A stretch of DNA of 64,000 nucleotides from Bacteroidota bacterium. Lineage in GTDB: Bacteria; Bacteroidota; Bacteroidia; Palsa-965. Below are positions 30,684 through 39,783 of the stretch, one piece after another (the stretch's first letter is position 1; the number at the start of each line of letters is the position of its first letter). The notes below the pieces were generated by a model that saw only the letters and a list, made by a program, of their open reading frames with translations, was not told the origin of the DNA and made no database searches. The position numbers and the translations under genes are program-made. The DNA is taken from positions 788-64,787 of the forward strand of contig JACQAM010000009.1 in NCBI GenBank assembly GCA_016194975.1. The letters are read 5' to 3'.

Positions 30684-30905
30684 TCAGGAAATATCATTTT
30701 TGCGATTCTCTTTTTCATCGGCGCGCTGGAGGATGCGGTTGAATCTTCTTCTCATCAGGTACATTACTATGGCGAATGAACTTACGAGCGATGCAAATCC
30801 ACCGTCTTCATTCGCACCAATGACAAAAAGATAAATGGTGATGCCCACGCACATGACCGCCATGGTGAGCCACACATATTCAGTAAGACGGAGATATTTA
30901 CGCAT
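30684..30905 (-). CDS. small membrane protein (2 TM), hypothetical
   Basis: 73-aa ORF with two hydrophobic segments. Lies between the ppiD-like and lptC-like genes. Confidence 0.3.
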   Translation of the reverse strand: MRKYLRLTEYVWLTMAVMCVGITIYLFVIGANEDGGFASLVSSFAIVMYLMRRRFNRILQRADEKENRKNDIS

Positions 30906-30923
30906 GCAGCAAAATTATTGTTT

Positions 30924-31499
30924 TTATTTCGGCCCGGCGTGTGTCGTGTCATCCCGGAGCAGGTATTCCCCGGTAGGATTAGTGATCACATAGTGATTGA
31001 ACATTTCATCAGCTTCCATTCCATCGCCCCAGGTTACCTGGTCGGCAGTGGTGATCGTCACAAATGATTTGGTATAAATTTTCCTGCTTTTTCCATCCCA
31101 CGTCAATTTATCTGTAGTGAGTTTGTCTCCTTTCGAATTCACGACCACCACATTTTTATTCGCCTCCATCATGTTGTCGCGTTCAATGCGCGTCGCATTT
31201 TCAGAAGTGAGATAAGTGCTCACTTTTCCGCTGTCATCAAAAAAATCAACACGTACTCCTTTCGACATTTCCGTATGTGGTTTTCCACCCTGGAACTCAT
31301 CAACCTGTCCGGCGGTGAGATGAACTTTCATTTTTGCAGAATCGGAATAAAAAAGATCTACGTTGTGCGCAGTTTGCGTGGGAAGTGAAAGATTCTGCGT
31401 GTAATTGTGAACAGTAGCGGGATCATTTTCACAACTGCAGAAGAGCAGGAAAAATGTTCCTGAAAAAATTGCGGCTGCAGATCTCAGGAAAGCTCTCAT
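30924..31499 (-). CDS. LptC-like periplasmic lipoprotein
   Basis: Start at MRAFLRS...FFLLFCSC (lipobox). ~190 aa beta-jellyroll size. Conserved position between the OM protein and the PpiD-like gene. Confidence 0.45.
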   Translation of the reverse strand: MRAFLRSAAAIFSGTFFLLFCSCENDPATVHNYTQNLSLPTQTAHNVDLFYSDSAKMKVHLTAGQVDEFQGGKPHTEMSKGVRVDFFDDSGKVSTYLTSENATRIERDNMMEANKNVVVVNSKGDKLTTDKLTWDGKSRKIYTKSFVTITTADQVTWGDGMEADEMFNHYVITNPTGEYLLRDDTTHAGPK

Positions 31500-31506
31500 G
31501 AAAGAA

Positions 31507-33072
31507 TCAATCGTATTTGATCCGGTTGAACCACCGGTCATTGATCGTAACGCCGAATGTGACGCGGAAGAAATTTTCTTTGATCAGTTGATTATTTGTT
31601 GTGCCGCGCATTCCGTATTCGAAATTAATGGTTCCGCGCGTTACAGGTTCACCCACGCGCGTGCGATAAGGAACCGGGAATGAAAGGCTGAGATTTACAG
31701 AAGTTTCTGTAAGTTGAATTCCATGAATTTCAAGACTGGTGATGTAATATCTTGCGCCAAGCCGATACTGAATAGCGGTCAGATAATTTCCCCGCCCGAT
31801 CTGCCGCGGTTGATATTGAAATCCTGCGGTGATGCGGGTAGAATTTTTCAAACCGGCATTCACACCCAAAATTGTTGACTGGCTCCAGAGCTGCGTCATG
31901 TAATCGGCCTGAAATGCCCACTTATAATCTTTTTTCAATTCGAATCCAACTCCGCCCATGAGCGGAAGCACAACACGCGATGGAATGCCCTGTTCAGAAA
32001 TGACCGTATCGCGAAATTGTTCGAGCGTACCTATCTGTTTGTAGGTTTGCGCAAGAAGATCGTAAGAAACATTCAGCGGGGTAGATGGAGCGAACACGAG
32101 TCCCATTGACAGGCGCACTCCCGGCTGGTGAATGAAAAGTTTTTCGTGGATAATGTCGCTTCTTCTTTTGTATTCGAAATAATTATGAAAGAAATTTGTT
32201 TTTGTCACCAGCGTATCATTCAGTGATTGATAAAGCGGATTGAGGGTGAATGGCAAACGGAAAGAATACTGAACTCCATAGGTGAGATAAAGATCGTGGA
32301 AAAGCATTCGCTTGGTGATCTTCGTATTGAACGTGTACATCGAATCGGGAAAAACATCGCGTCGTACATTATTGATTGTTCCGAACATGAAAGAAGAATT
32401 CACACCGATCGAAATATTTCCCAGCGCATTTTTACATTTCAGTTTTTTACGGATGAGTGTTGTGTCGTAATCATGAACAGCGGTCGCATATTCATCCGAG
32501 AGAAGATAGTGTCGCGATAATCCTGCGAAAGGCCGAAATGCATTCACCAGAAAAAGTTGGTTTACCCCGCCCGATCCTTCGTATTTGTAAGTGACCGGAC
32601 CTATTCCCACAATGGAATCGGGACTGTTCACATTATAGCCGACGTTACTGTAAGGCATGAGTCCGAATCCGGCACCCCACCATTTTTTAACCGGAAAAGC
32701 GAGCGCCACACTTCCGAGAGAAGTTCTGTTGAAAGTAGTTTTCGCTGAGTTCGATTGCATCATCACTGTATTACTGTTGAGCGTGATCTCGTACGCAATA
32801 AGCGGATGCGACGTGAAGGATGCAGGATTTTCAAGATTGATGTATTGCGGGATGAGCGAATCATTTCTCATTCCTATTCCGCCGCCGCCCATCCCGGAAT
32901 TAAAAAGTGTTCCGTTTGCATTGAGATCACCAATGCCATAATGCGAATAAGGAGAAACCGTGGTGAGAACAGCAGGATTCGTTTGTGCATCCGAAATGAA
33001 GGGTAGTGCAATAACACAACCTGCCGCGAGGAAGAAGTTCCTTGAAATTCTAAAGCAGGTTTTTTTCATCAT
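31507..33072 (-). CDS. hypothetical outer-membrane protein (beta-barrel)
   Basis: Signal peptide MMKKTCFRISRNFFLAAGCVIALPFISDAQ. Gly/aromatic-rich beta pattern. C-terminal ...RIKYD. Confidence 0.4.
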   Translation of the reverse strand: MMKKTCFRISRNFFLAAGCVIALPFISDAQTNPAVLTTVSPYSHYGIGDLNANGTLFNSGMGGGGIGMRNDSLIPQYINLENPASFTSHPLIAYEITLNSNTVMMQSNSAKTTFNRTSLGSVALAFPVKKWWGAGFGLMPYSNVGYNVNSPDSIVGIGPVTYKYEGSGGVNQLFLVNAFRPFAGLSRHYLLSDEYATAVHDYDTTLIRKKLKCKNALGNISIGVNSSFMFGTINNVRRDVFPDSMYTFNTKITKRMLFHDLYLTYGVQYSFRLPFTLNPLYQSLNDTLVTKTNFFHNYFEYKRRSDIIHEKLFIHQPGVRLSMGLVFAPSTPLNVSYDLLAQTYKQIGTLEQFRDTVISEQGIPSRVVLPLMGGVGFELKKDYKWAFQADYMTQLWSQSTILGVNAGLKNSTRITAGFQYQPRQIGRGNYLTAIQYRLGARYYITSLEIHGIQLTETSVNLSLSFPVPYRTRVGEPVTRGTINFEYGMRGTTNNQLIKENFFRVTFGVTINDRWFNRIKYD

Positions 33073-33790
33073 GGAAATCAAGAATGGCATGCATCCCTTC
33101 AAAAACGAGATTCGGGCGTGCAAAGATGCCATTTTTCAGGGCTTCTGCCAAAAGCGGGGAATCTCCTCCACCAATAACTACCTGCAGCCCGGGAAATGTT
33201 TTTTCATATTCGAGGATCATTCCTTTTACCTCGGCAACAGTTCCGTTGATCACACCGGAACGCAGTGAAGTAACGGTATCTTTCCCTATGAGCGGATGTT
33301 CGCCCTGAGGATCTATCATCGGAAGTTTTTCGGTGAAATGATGCATGGCTTTCGCACGCATGTGTATGCCGGGCGTGATTGCGCCCCCGAGAAAAGTGTT
33401 GTTTTTGTCAATGAGATTGTAGGTGATGCAGGTTCCCGCCATTATTGCCAAGACGTTCGATCCGTGGAAAAGTTGCCAGCCGCCAATAGCCGCCGCGATC
33501 CGGTCATAACCGAGCGATTCTTTTGAACTATAATTATTTTTCACCGGTAATGCGGTGTTCTCACCGAGCATGACCACGGGAAAAAATTTCCGCAGTTCAT
33601 CAGCAAGTTCATGCGGTACATTCACCACCGAACCGATAATCGCCGAATGGACTTCCACAGTTTTAACGAAGTTTAATATTTCTGCAACGGTCGGTGAAGG
33701 AAGAATGTCGTGACGCATGATCTTTTTGTCATCTATGAGCATCGCCTTGAAAGACGTATTTCCGAGATCGAGCAGGAGTTGCGCAGGCAT
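33050..33790 (-). CDS. coaX: type III pantothenate kinase
   Basis: MPAQLLLDLGNTSFK N-terminus, ...GGGDS motif, ~247 aa. Confidence 0.75.
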   Translation of the reverse strand: MPAQLLLDLGNTSFKAMLIDDKKIMRHDILPSPTVAEILNFVKTVEVHSAIIGSVVNVPHELADELRKFFPVVMLGENTALPVKNNYSSKESLGYDRIAAAIGGWQLFHGSNVLAIMAGTCITYNLIDKNNTFLGGAITPGIHMRAKAMHHFTEKLPMIDPQGEHPLIGKDTVTSLRSGVINGTVAEVKGMILEYEKTFPGLQVVIGGGDSPLLAEALKNGIFARPNLVFEGMHAILDFHDEKNLL

Positions 33791-33881
33791 AATGACAAAT
33801 TTACGAGCTAATTGAACGGGAAAAACAAGAATTGCATCCTGCAACGTCAGCCGGCGAAGACAAAATATTGATAATTTTCCA

Positions 33882-34994
33882 TTGAAAATAAAAATGAAGG
33901 ATCCGAAAAAAGAAGAAATTCTCATTGCGGGAGCCGGGCCATCGGGACTTGCAGCCGCTCTGTTTTTATCGGAGTATGGATTCCATCCTTCGGTGATCGA
34001 TCAGCGGAGCGATTATGTTCCGTATTCAAAAGCGTTCGGAGTGAATCCGAATACGCTGAAATTGCTGGAACGTTCAGGCGTTACAAAAAAATTTCTTGCC
34101 AATGGAAGAAAGGTTACGAAGTTCAATCTTTGGCGCGCGCGGGATCTAAAAAAAATACTGAGCAATGACCTGGGTAAAGCGGATCATGAATTCCCGTTCA
34201 TGCTTGTTCAGTCACAATCGGATTCTGAAAATATTCTGCGCGAAGAGATCAGCAGGAGAAATATCATTGTGGAAAGAGGTATTTCTCTCGAAGATCTTCA
34301 TGTGGAAGGAAATAATATTTCTATTCAAATTAAAAATTCTTCCGGTTCCATTGAAAATCGTTTAGTGGATCATCTCGTGGGTGCGGATGGCGCGCACAGT
34401 GTTGCGAGAAAAAAATCAGGAATAGATTTCGGTGGATTCAAATATGATGAGGTATGGGAATTGTATGACCTGGAAATGGAGGTTCCGTTCAGCGCAGACG
34501 AGGCGCATATTCTTCTGAGCCCGGAGGGAAGTATTTTCATGGTCCGCATTAAAGAAAAAATTTGGCGCATCGTGGGAAGCAAAAAAAATATTCTTGAAGA
34601 TATGCCCAAAGGAATTTCAAAAGGAAAGATCACTTGGAATTCTGAATTCAGGATCAATCAGAGGATGGCTTCTTCATTGCAGAAAAATAATGTAACGCTC
34701 ATCGGCGATGCGGCGCACGTTCATTCTCCATTGGGCGGCAGGGGAATGAATCTCGGAATTGAAGATGCTTTTACGTACGCACAATTGATGAGCCAAAACA
34801 GGATCGGCAGTTACGAAGCGATGAGAAAACCGTACATAAAAAAAACAGTACGTAAAATAAATTTTCTGACGAACGTGATCTCAGGAAAAAATTTTGTTCC
34901 GCGTGTGTGCCGGAGCATCCTTCCTATTCTCAGTTTCGCATCTCCGCCTTTCATGCCGGCCGCCAGAAAATTTTTGCTGGGACTTGATAAATAA
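33882..34994 (+). CDS. FAD-dependent monooxygenase / NAD(P)/FAD-dependent oxidoreductase
   Basis: GAGPSGLAAALFL dinucleotide-binding motif, GADGAHSVAR, and C-terminal DAAH...GGRGMNLGIEDA. Confidence 0.7.
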   Translation: MKIKMKDPKKEEILIAGAGPSGLAAALFLSEYGFHPSVIDQRSDYVPYSKAFGVNPNTLKLLERSGVTKKFLANGRKVTKFNLWRARDLKKILSNDLGKADHEFPFMLVQSQSDSENILREEISRRNIIVERGISLEDLHVEGNNISIQIKNSSGSIENRLVDHLVGADGAHSVARKKSGIDFGGFKYDEVWELYDLEMEVPFSADEAHILLSPEGSIFMVRIKEKIWRIVGSKKNILEDMPKGISKGKITWNSEFRINQRMASSLQKNNVTLIGDAAHVHSPLGGRGMNLGIEDAFTYAQLMSQNRIGSYEAMRKPYIKKTVRKINFLTNVISGKNFVPRVCRSILPILSFASPPFMPAARKFLLGLDK

Positions 34995-34998
34995 AAAA

Positions 34999-35014
34999 TC
35001 CGGAAGACTCCGGA
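34999..35014. terminator. bidirectional rho-independent terminator hairpin (TCCGGAAGACTCCGGA), duplicated at 35109..35124
   Basis: Perfect 6-bp stem flanked by an A-run on the + side and a T-run on the - side. The second copy directly follows the tRNA-Phe 3' end on the minus strand. Confidence 0.55.
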
Positions 35015-35024
35015 TTCTATTTAG

Positions 35025-35079
35025 TGGTTCGGGGCCCATCGGCTTCGCTCTAGATCAACTCCATTGAACCGCCGACACA
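35025..35079 (-). pseudogene. degenerate copy of the tRNA-Phe 3' half (T-arm carrying a ~26-nt insertion) plus duplicated terminator
   Basis: Minus-strand sequence TGTGTCGGCGGTTCAAT[GGAGTTGATCTAGAGCGAAGCCGATGG]GCCCCGAACCA compared with the intact TGTGTCGGCGGTTCAATTCCGCCCCGAACCA. Confidence 0.4.
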
Positions 35080-35134
35080 ATTGAAATTATAAAAAAATAA
35101 ATAAAAAATCCGGAAGACTCCGGATTCTATTTTG

Positions 35135-35207
35135 TGGTTCGGGGCGGAATTGAACCGCCGACACACAGATTTTCAGTCTGTTGCTCTACCAACTGAGCTA
35201 CCGAACC
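35135..35207 (-). tRNA. tRNA-Phe (anticodon GAA), CCA-encoded
   Basis: Minus-strand sequence GGTTCGGTAGCTCAGTTGGTAGAGCAACAGACTGAAAATCTGTGTGTCGGCGGTTCAATTCCGCCCCGAACCA. Cloverleaf with 7/5-bp stems, anticodon loop CTGAAAA, T-loop GGTTCAATTCC. Confidence 0.85.
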
Positions 35208-35228
35208 AATAAGTAATGAACTCTATTT

Positions 35229-35287
35229 TTTTTCAGTCTGTTGCTCGGACCCTGTCCCGAATTTCATTCGGGAAACTCTACCGAACC
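35229..35287 (-). pseudogene. degenerate copy of the tRNA-Phe 5' half (D-arm replaced by a CCCGAAT...ATTCGGG hairpin)
   Basis: Minus-strand sequence GGTTCGGTAG[AGTTTCCCGAATGAAATTCGGGACAGGGTCC]GAGCAACAGACTGAAAA compared with the intact GGTTCGGTAGCTCAGTTGGTAGAGCAACAGACTGAAAA. Confidence 0.35.
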
Positions 35288-35405
35288 TATTCTTGGGCGG
35301 CAAATCTATTGATTATTTGCAAAGCGGCAAAATCCTGAATGAAAACCGCTATCAGTATCACTACTTTTAATTGTCGGAATAATAATAATTATCTTGTAAG
35401 GACTT

Positions 35406-37397
35406 ATGCAGATCGGCAGGTGGAATTATCTTTTTCCGTTGTTCATGATGCTATGCGTTTCATTTCGGGTGAACGCGCAGAACGATCAAATCGATTCTTT
35501 GCTGAAAGTTTTACAAACCCAGGAAGAAAGCGATACCAATAAAGTGATCACGCTTTATAAATTATGTGCAAAGTATATTAACAGCGATACGAAGAAAGCG
35601 ATCGAATACGGAAACAAGGCGAAAGATCTCGGTGAAAAACTGAATTTCAAAAGAGGAGTTGCGTCGGCGCTGAATAATCTGGGAATTGTTTATGAGAATG
35701 AGGGCGATTATGAAAAAGCAGCCGATTGTTATCTGCGCTCGATCCGCATCAAGGAAGAAACAAAAAATATGCATGGGCTTGCTGCGACTTACAGTAACCT
35801 GGGCGAAGTTTTCGACGTGGAGAATAATTACGAGAAGGCAAGTTATTATTATAATAAATCGTTGCAGATCGCCATCAGTATTAAAGACACGCAATCGATC
35901 ATGAACTGTTATCTCAATACCGGTGTTATCGAAAGTGAAAAAAATAATGATGAGAATGCAGTTACTTATTTTCAGAAATGCCTCCATCTTGCTTTTCTCG
36001 CCGGCGATTCTTCAAGTCTCGCCGATGCGTACAGCAACATCGGTGTGGTGCGCCAGGACCAGAACATACTGGATTCAGCAGAATATTATTACGCATTGGC
36101 AACCATTGTAAGGCAAAGAACCGGTGATCAGATGGGGCTGATGAATTCCTACAATAATCTCGGGAGCGTGAATGTTACCAGGAAGAATTATCGGGAGGGT
36201 GAACGCTGGTATAAAATGAGTATCAGTATCCAGGATAAAATTCCATCACTGGAAGGATTGCAGTCGAGTTACCACGGGCTTGCTACACTCTATGATTCAC
36301 TCCGGGATTTTCAAAATGCAAAAACATATTACCTGAAATACATGACCGTACACGATTCGCTTTACAGCATGAGGTCGGTGAAAGAAGTAAATGCGATGGA
36401 ACTGAAATACGAGGAGGAAAAAAAAGAAAAAGAAGATGAAGCGAAAGCACGCGAGAACAAAATAAAATCTGATGCGGAGGCGCGCGAGCAGCGCAACCTC
36501 ATGTATTTTCTGATCATACTTATTCTGGTTGCATCCGGTTTTTCTTTTTTTCTTTTTAATCGCTTCCGTTTTATTCGCCGCCAGAAAGGCGTGATCGAAA
36601 CGAAGAATAAAGAGATCATCGATAGTATCAATTACGCGAAACGTTTGCAGGAAGCAATTCTTCCTCCTGCAAAAATGGTGGACGAAATTTTTCCGCAGAA
36701 TTTTATTTTCTATCGCCCGAAGGATATTGTTGCCGGCGATTTTTACTGGATGATGGAGAATGGGAATGATCTTTTTGTTGCAGTTGCAGATTGCACGGGA
36801 CACGGCGTGCCGGGTGCGATGGTGAGTTTCGTCTGTTCGAATGCGCTTGATCGTGCAGTGAAGGAATTCGAATTGAAAGATCCCGGAAAAATTCTTGATA
36901 AGGTTACGGAACTGCTGCTCGACACTTTCCGGAAAAGCGAACAGGAAGTGAAAGACGGAATGGACATTTCACTTTGTCATCTGAACAGAGACAACATGAA
37001 TATTTCTTTTTCAGGTGCGCACAATTCTCTGTGGATCGTTCGCAGCGGAAATCTCATTTCCCTCGATGCCGATAATCAGCCCGTCGGGAAATACGATCAT
37101 GCAAAACCATTCACGACGCATCATTTTACACTTGAAAAAAATGACGTGCTCTATTTCGGAACGGATGGATACGCCGACCAGTTCGGTGGTGATAAAGCCC
37201 GCCTGGCCGATAAAAATAAATCCGGCTCATTCGGGCAGGGAAAAAAATTCAAGACCGCCAATATCCGTAATCTGCTCGTTGCAAATGCCGGCCGCCCGAT
37301 GAAAGAACAATACGATGTGCTGGAAAAAACATTTGACCGCTGGAAAGGAAATCTTGAGCAGGTGGATGACGTGTGCGTGATGGGAATTCGCATTTAA
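35406..37397 (+). CDS. TPR-repeat sensor protein with TM segment and C-terminal PP2C/SpoIIE phosphatase domain
   Basis: Signal peptide. Multiple TPR units (ALNNLGIVYENEGDYEKAADCY...). Coiled coil. TM segment LMYFLIILILVASGFSFFLF. PP2C motifs ADCTGHGVPGAMVS, DGMDISLC, GTDGYADQFGG and QVDDVCVMGIRI. Confidence 0.8.
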   Translation: MQIGRWNYLFPLFMMLCVSFRVNAQNDQIDSLLKVLQTQEESDTNKVITLYKLCAKYINSDTKKAIEYGNKAKDLGEKLNFKRGVASALNNLGIVYENEGDYEKAADCYLRSIRIKEETKNMHGLAATYSNLGEVFDVENNYEKASYYYNKSLQIAISIKDTQSIMNCYLNTGVIESEKNNDENAVTYFQKCLHLAFLAGDSSSLADAYSNIGVVRQDQNILDSAEYYYALATIVRQRTGDQMGLMNSYNNLGSVNVTRKNYREGERWYKMSISIQDKIPSLEGLQSSYHGLATLYDSLRDFQNAKTYYLKYMTVHDSLYSMRSVKEVNAMELKYEEEKKEKEDEAKARENKIKSDAEAREQRNLMYFLIILILVASGFSFFLFNRFRFIRRQKGVIETKNKEIIDSINYAKRLQEAILPPAKMVDEIFPQNFIFYRPKDIVAGDFYWMMENGNDLFVAVADCTGHGVPGAMVSFVCSNALDRAVKEFELKDPGKILDKVTELLLDTFRKSEQEVKDGMDISLCHLNRDNMNISFSGAHNSLWIVRSGNLISLDADNQPVGKYDHAKPFTTHHFTLEKNDVLYFGTDGYADQFGGDKARLADKNKSGSFGQGKKFKTANIRNLLVANAGRPMKEQYDVLEKTFDRWKGNLEQVDDVCVMGIRI

Positions 37398-37488
37398 AAA
37401 AACGTCAGCTTCAATGAAATTTATGGGTATAACAGGGTGTATTGGGAACCGAACCGGGAGGAGTTGTATTGGAATACAACTTCTATTT

Positions 37489-39774
37489 TCAATAAAATCC
37501 ACCTCCATATCCGCCATGATGATTGTAATGCGGCTTCGTATTCGAAAAAGTAAGTCGCGTTAAATTATTCATCAGGTCATCGGCGCGGCCCGCAATGACC
37601 GTTATCTTCGTATCGTAATCATAACTGTAAATACATTTTCCATTCTCATCATTGATCGTCCAGGTGCCCGTATTTTTATCACGGTCGTAATGCCGCGTTC
37701 CGCAAACCGTTCCATTTTCGTACCACGACTGCCAGGTTCCGGTTGCTCTTCCGAATTTTGAATAATGTGCTTCAATTTTTTTCTGACCGTTCGGGTAATA
37801 TTCCGTGTAATTTTCTGCGGATGATCCTTTGTAAAACTGAACACCGGGAGTGAAATAATATATTTCTATACCACGATAACTGCGGAATTCCGCTTCTGAT
37901 TTTAAAGAACCGTTTTCGTACCACGACTCCTCTTTACCTATTGCACAATTATCTTTTTTTGTTTGTTCGAATTTTTTCTGTCCGTTCGCATACCAGGTCG
38001 TATAAGAAATTGTTTTCCGGTCGGCGCTCATTTTTTTCTCATAAATGAGTTGCCCATTCTCTGCAAAATATTTCCAGGTGCCGCAGGGTTGCATTTTTTC
38101 ATTGAAAGAAATTTCCATACATGGATTTCCATTGCTGAAATTGCGGGTGAAATGATAAATTTCTGCAGAATCTTCCCGGAAGGTTTCCATAAGGTTTCCA
38201 TTATGGTAAAATAAACTGTCGTTGGCGCGATCGAATCCCGGTAGTTCAACCTCCCTGCATTTTGCAAATAACATGATGCCACACGAATTGGCGAAATTGT
38301 TTACGCCGCGTGTGCAATAGAAGATCGTCGAGAATTCCTGTCCGCAATATTGAAAATGTGTATAGTAATCGAAGATCATACTATCGCCCGGCGCAAGAAA
38401 TGTTCGGTTCTGCATATCGCTCCAGCTCATACCGGGCCAATCGCTTATCGGATTGAATGTAGGAACTGTCCATCCCTGCGGTGCTGTTTGAATAGCGCGA
38501 TGAAAATTATATTGTTCGAAAAATGTGAGCGTGTAATTAAAAACCAGCGTGTCCTTCGTGGTGTTCTTAAATGGAAATTGCAAATGAACGATCTCGCCGG
38601 CGTAAACCGGTTTTTCAACGACGGTGCGCAGGTTGTAATTCGTTGAATATTCCTCTTCGCGTTTTTTCTTACCAAGATTTAACGCAAATAATTTTCCGGA
38701 ACGATCAAGCTTATTGAAAAAGAGAATTTGTTCATTGGTGCCAATGCAGAAAAGATTGGAATCGGAAAGCACAACCGTTTCATAATTATTTTCCTCGTCC
38801 TGGAATTCTCGCTGCTCCGGGCAATCGAATATTTTTTTTGCTGAAGTCCATTTTCCACCCTCCTTATTCATCATCATCACCCATGCATCGTGATTTCCAT
38901 TGGGAAGAATTTTATTTCCCCATTGCAGCCACGCGATGTGATCTCCATCGGGAGAAATGGCAAGAAGTACATCTCCGTAGGAATAATCGAAACGCAACCG
39001 TACTTCTATTTTTTCCGGAGCAGAAATACCACCGGGAATTTTTTCACAGCAGAATAACTGGTTTGCAGTAGAATTCAATGAGTCGTGCAGTTCATATAAA
39101 ATGTAATTGCTTTTTTCAGGCATGAAAAAATTCACGATGCGGCAATGCGCAGGAACGCTCAGTGGAATTTCAGTCGCCCGGTCGTTGTTTCCGTAAAGCA
39201 CGAGATGATCATTGCCATTCGATTCGTTCCAGTGAACATAACCGCCTTCGCCGAGTTGTGCGGTCCAGATGAACCTGCAGGTTTCTCCCGAACCCAGCGT
39301 GTCGATGGTGCGATACATGCCGTAAATTTTCCGGATCACCAGTAATCTGCGGTTTCCCGGCGAACAATTATTCTCTCTTTTTGTATCAAGTCCAACGATG
39401 ATCATTTTTCCATCATTGGTAGCGTGAAAAAGATAGGGCCATATTTCTCCTTTACAAATCGTGACTGAATTATGCCGATCTACATCATTGGTGTTGGTTA
39501 TTTTCAATCCTTCCGGGTCATAATAATAAACCGAATTGCCATCGGGCGTTAATTGCGCGTAATCAGAAAAATCAGTTCTAACCTCAGGCATATAAGTGAG
39601 TGAAGAAAGAAAACTATCGGTGTTTGCAATATTCCACGGCCAGCCCGCCTGGTAACTGGTCCAGGAAAAATTTTTTCCGTCGGCAGATACATGAAAATTC
39701 TCCGGCCTGTTCTGCGAATGAAGAACAGGGAAACAAAATAAAGTGAATGAAAAAAAATAATAACGCATTGACAT
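37489..39774 (-). CDS. secreted protein with C-terminal MORN-variant (YwqK-like) repeats
   Basis: Signal peptide MSMRYYFFSFTLFCFPVLHSQ. C-terminal repeats WYENGSLKSEAEF..., YYPNGQKKIEAHY..., WYENGTVCGTRHY... are typical of the YwqK/MORN_2 family. Confidence 0.55.
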   Translation of the reverse strand: MSMRYYFFSFTLFCFPVLHSQNRPENFHVSADGKNFSWTSYQAGWPWNIANTDSFLSSLTYMPEVRTDFSDYAQLTPDGNSVYYYDPEGLKITNTNDVDRHNSVTICKGEIWPYLFHATNDGKMIIVGLDTKRENNCSPGNRRLLVIRKIYGMYRTIDTLGSGETCRFIWTAQLGEGGYVHWNESNGNDHLVLYGNNDRATEIPLSVPAHCRIVNFFMPEKSNYILYELHDSLNSTANQLFCCEKIPGGISAPEKIEVRLRFDYSYGDVLLAISPDGDHIAWLQWGNKILPNGNHDAWVMMMNKEGGKWTSAKKIFDCPEQREFQDEENNYETVVLSDSNLFCIGTNEQILFFNKLDRSGKLFALNLGKKKREEEYSTNYNLRTVVEKPVYAGEIVHLQFPFKNTTKDTLVFNYTLTFFEQYNFHRAIQTAPQGWTVPTFNPISDWPGMSWSDMQNRTFLAPGDSMIFDYYTHFQYCGQEFSTIFYCTRGVNNFANSCGIMLFAKCREVELPGFDRANDSLFYHNGNLMETFREDSAEIYHFTRNFSNGNPCMEISFNEKMQPCGTWKYFAENGQLIYEKKMSADRKTISYTTWYANGQKKFEQTKKDNCAIGKEESWYENGSLKSEAEFRSYRGIEIYYFTPGVQFYKGSSAENYTEYYPNGQKKIEAHYSKFGRATGTWQSWYENGTVCGTRHYDRDKNTGTWTINDENGKCIYSYDYDTKITVIAGRADDLMNNLTRLTFSNTKPHYNHHGGYGGGFY

Positions 39775-39783
39775 TTTATCGGA

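Noticed and set aside
34996-35290. Possibility that the duplicated tRNA-Phe ends mark a resident genomic island
   Set aside because: The direct repeats are only ~100 bp apart. No integrase, excisionase or cargo is present on either side, because the flanking genes are a housekeeping monooxygenase and a TPR-SpoIIE sensor. It is best read as a relic scar.
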